From the NCBI GenBank assembly GCA_010093605.1, contig MU004183.1:1736001-1800000 (forward strand): 64,000 nt of DNA. Direction: 5' to 3'. The position numbers were made by a program, and so were the translations under genes. Under the pieces are notes generated by a model, which was given only the letters and a program-made list of their open reading frames with translations, had not been told where the DNA came from and did no database searches. This document shows, piece by piece, positions 63,970 through 64,000 of the stretch (position 1 is the first letter of the stretch; each line of letters begins with the position of its first letter). This DNA comes from Lophium mytilinum (taxonomy: Eukaryota).

Positions 63970-64000
63970 CGAGTGTATAGGCACCATCCCCACGAGCGAC

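Overview
Gene-dense 64 kb window of an intron-containing filamentous ascomycete genome (Pezizomycotina, probably Eurotiomycetes; GT..CTRAC..YAG introns of about 45-100 nt). About 29 protein-coding genes are supported: GH16 glucanase, DUF726 hydrolase, AA9 LPMO, DHA1 MFS transporter, Yim1-like reductase, a divergent ARP5/IES6 pair (INO80 partners), eIF2A with a Q/N-rich insert, an unlisted 41-aa Cys-rich ORF, an F-box-like protein, a GNAT, Aro4-type DAHP synthase, GOT1, a DUF6536 membrane protein, a DAO-family oxidoreductase, an SDR, NCB2, DID2, MED27, NIC96, a siderophore transporter with SreA boxes, PRP4 kinase, MGM101, a REEP/HVA22 protein, TMA7 and two hypotheticals. The most unusual element is a non-coding array at 35181-35958: six 25-bp inverted-repeat hairpins with 11-12 or 21-22 nt loops, separated by diverged spacers of near-fixed length (82-83 nt), with covarying arms. 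Other non-coding highlights are a spliced antisense host transcript carrying three intronic box C/D snoRNAs (one is snR53-like), a candidate intronic RNA in TMA7, a candidate Pol III/TFIIIC element near 31.3 kb, and a degenerate 400-500 bp tandem-duplication patchwork at 53.3-56.0 kb. Family assignments and rRNA target sequences are from recall, not from database searches.
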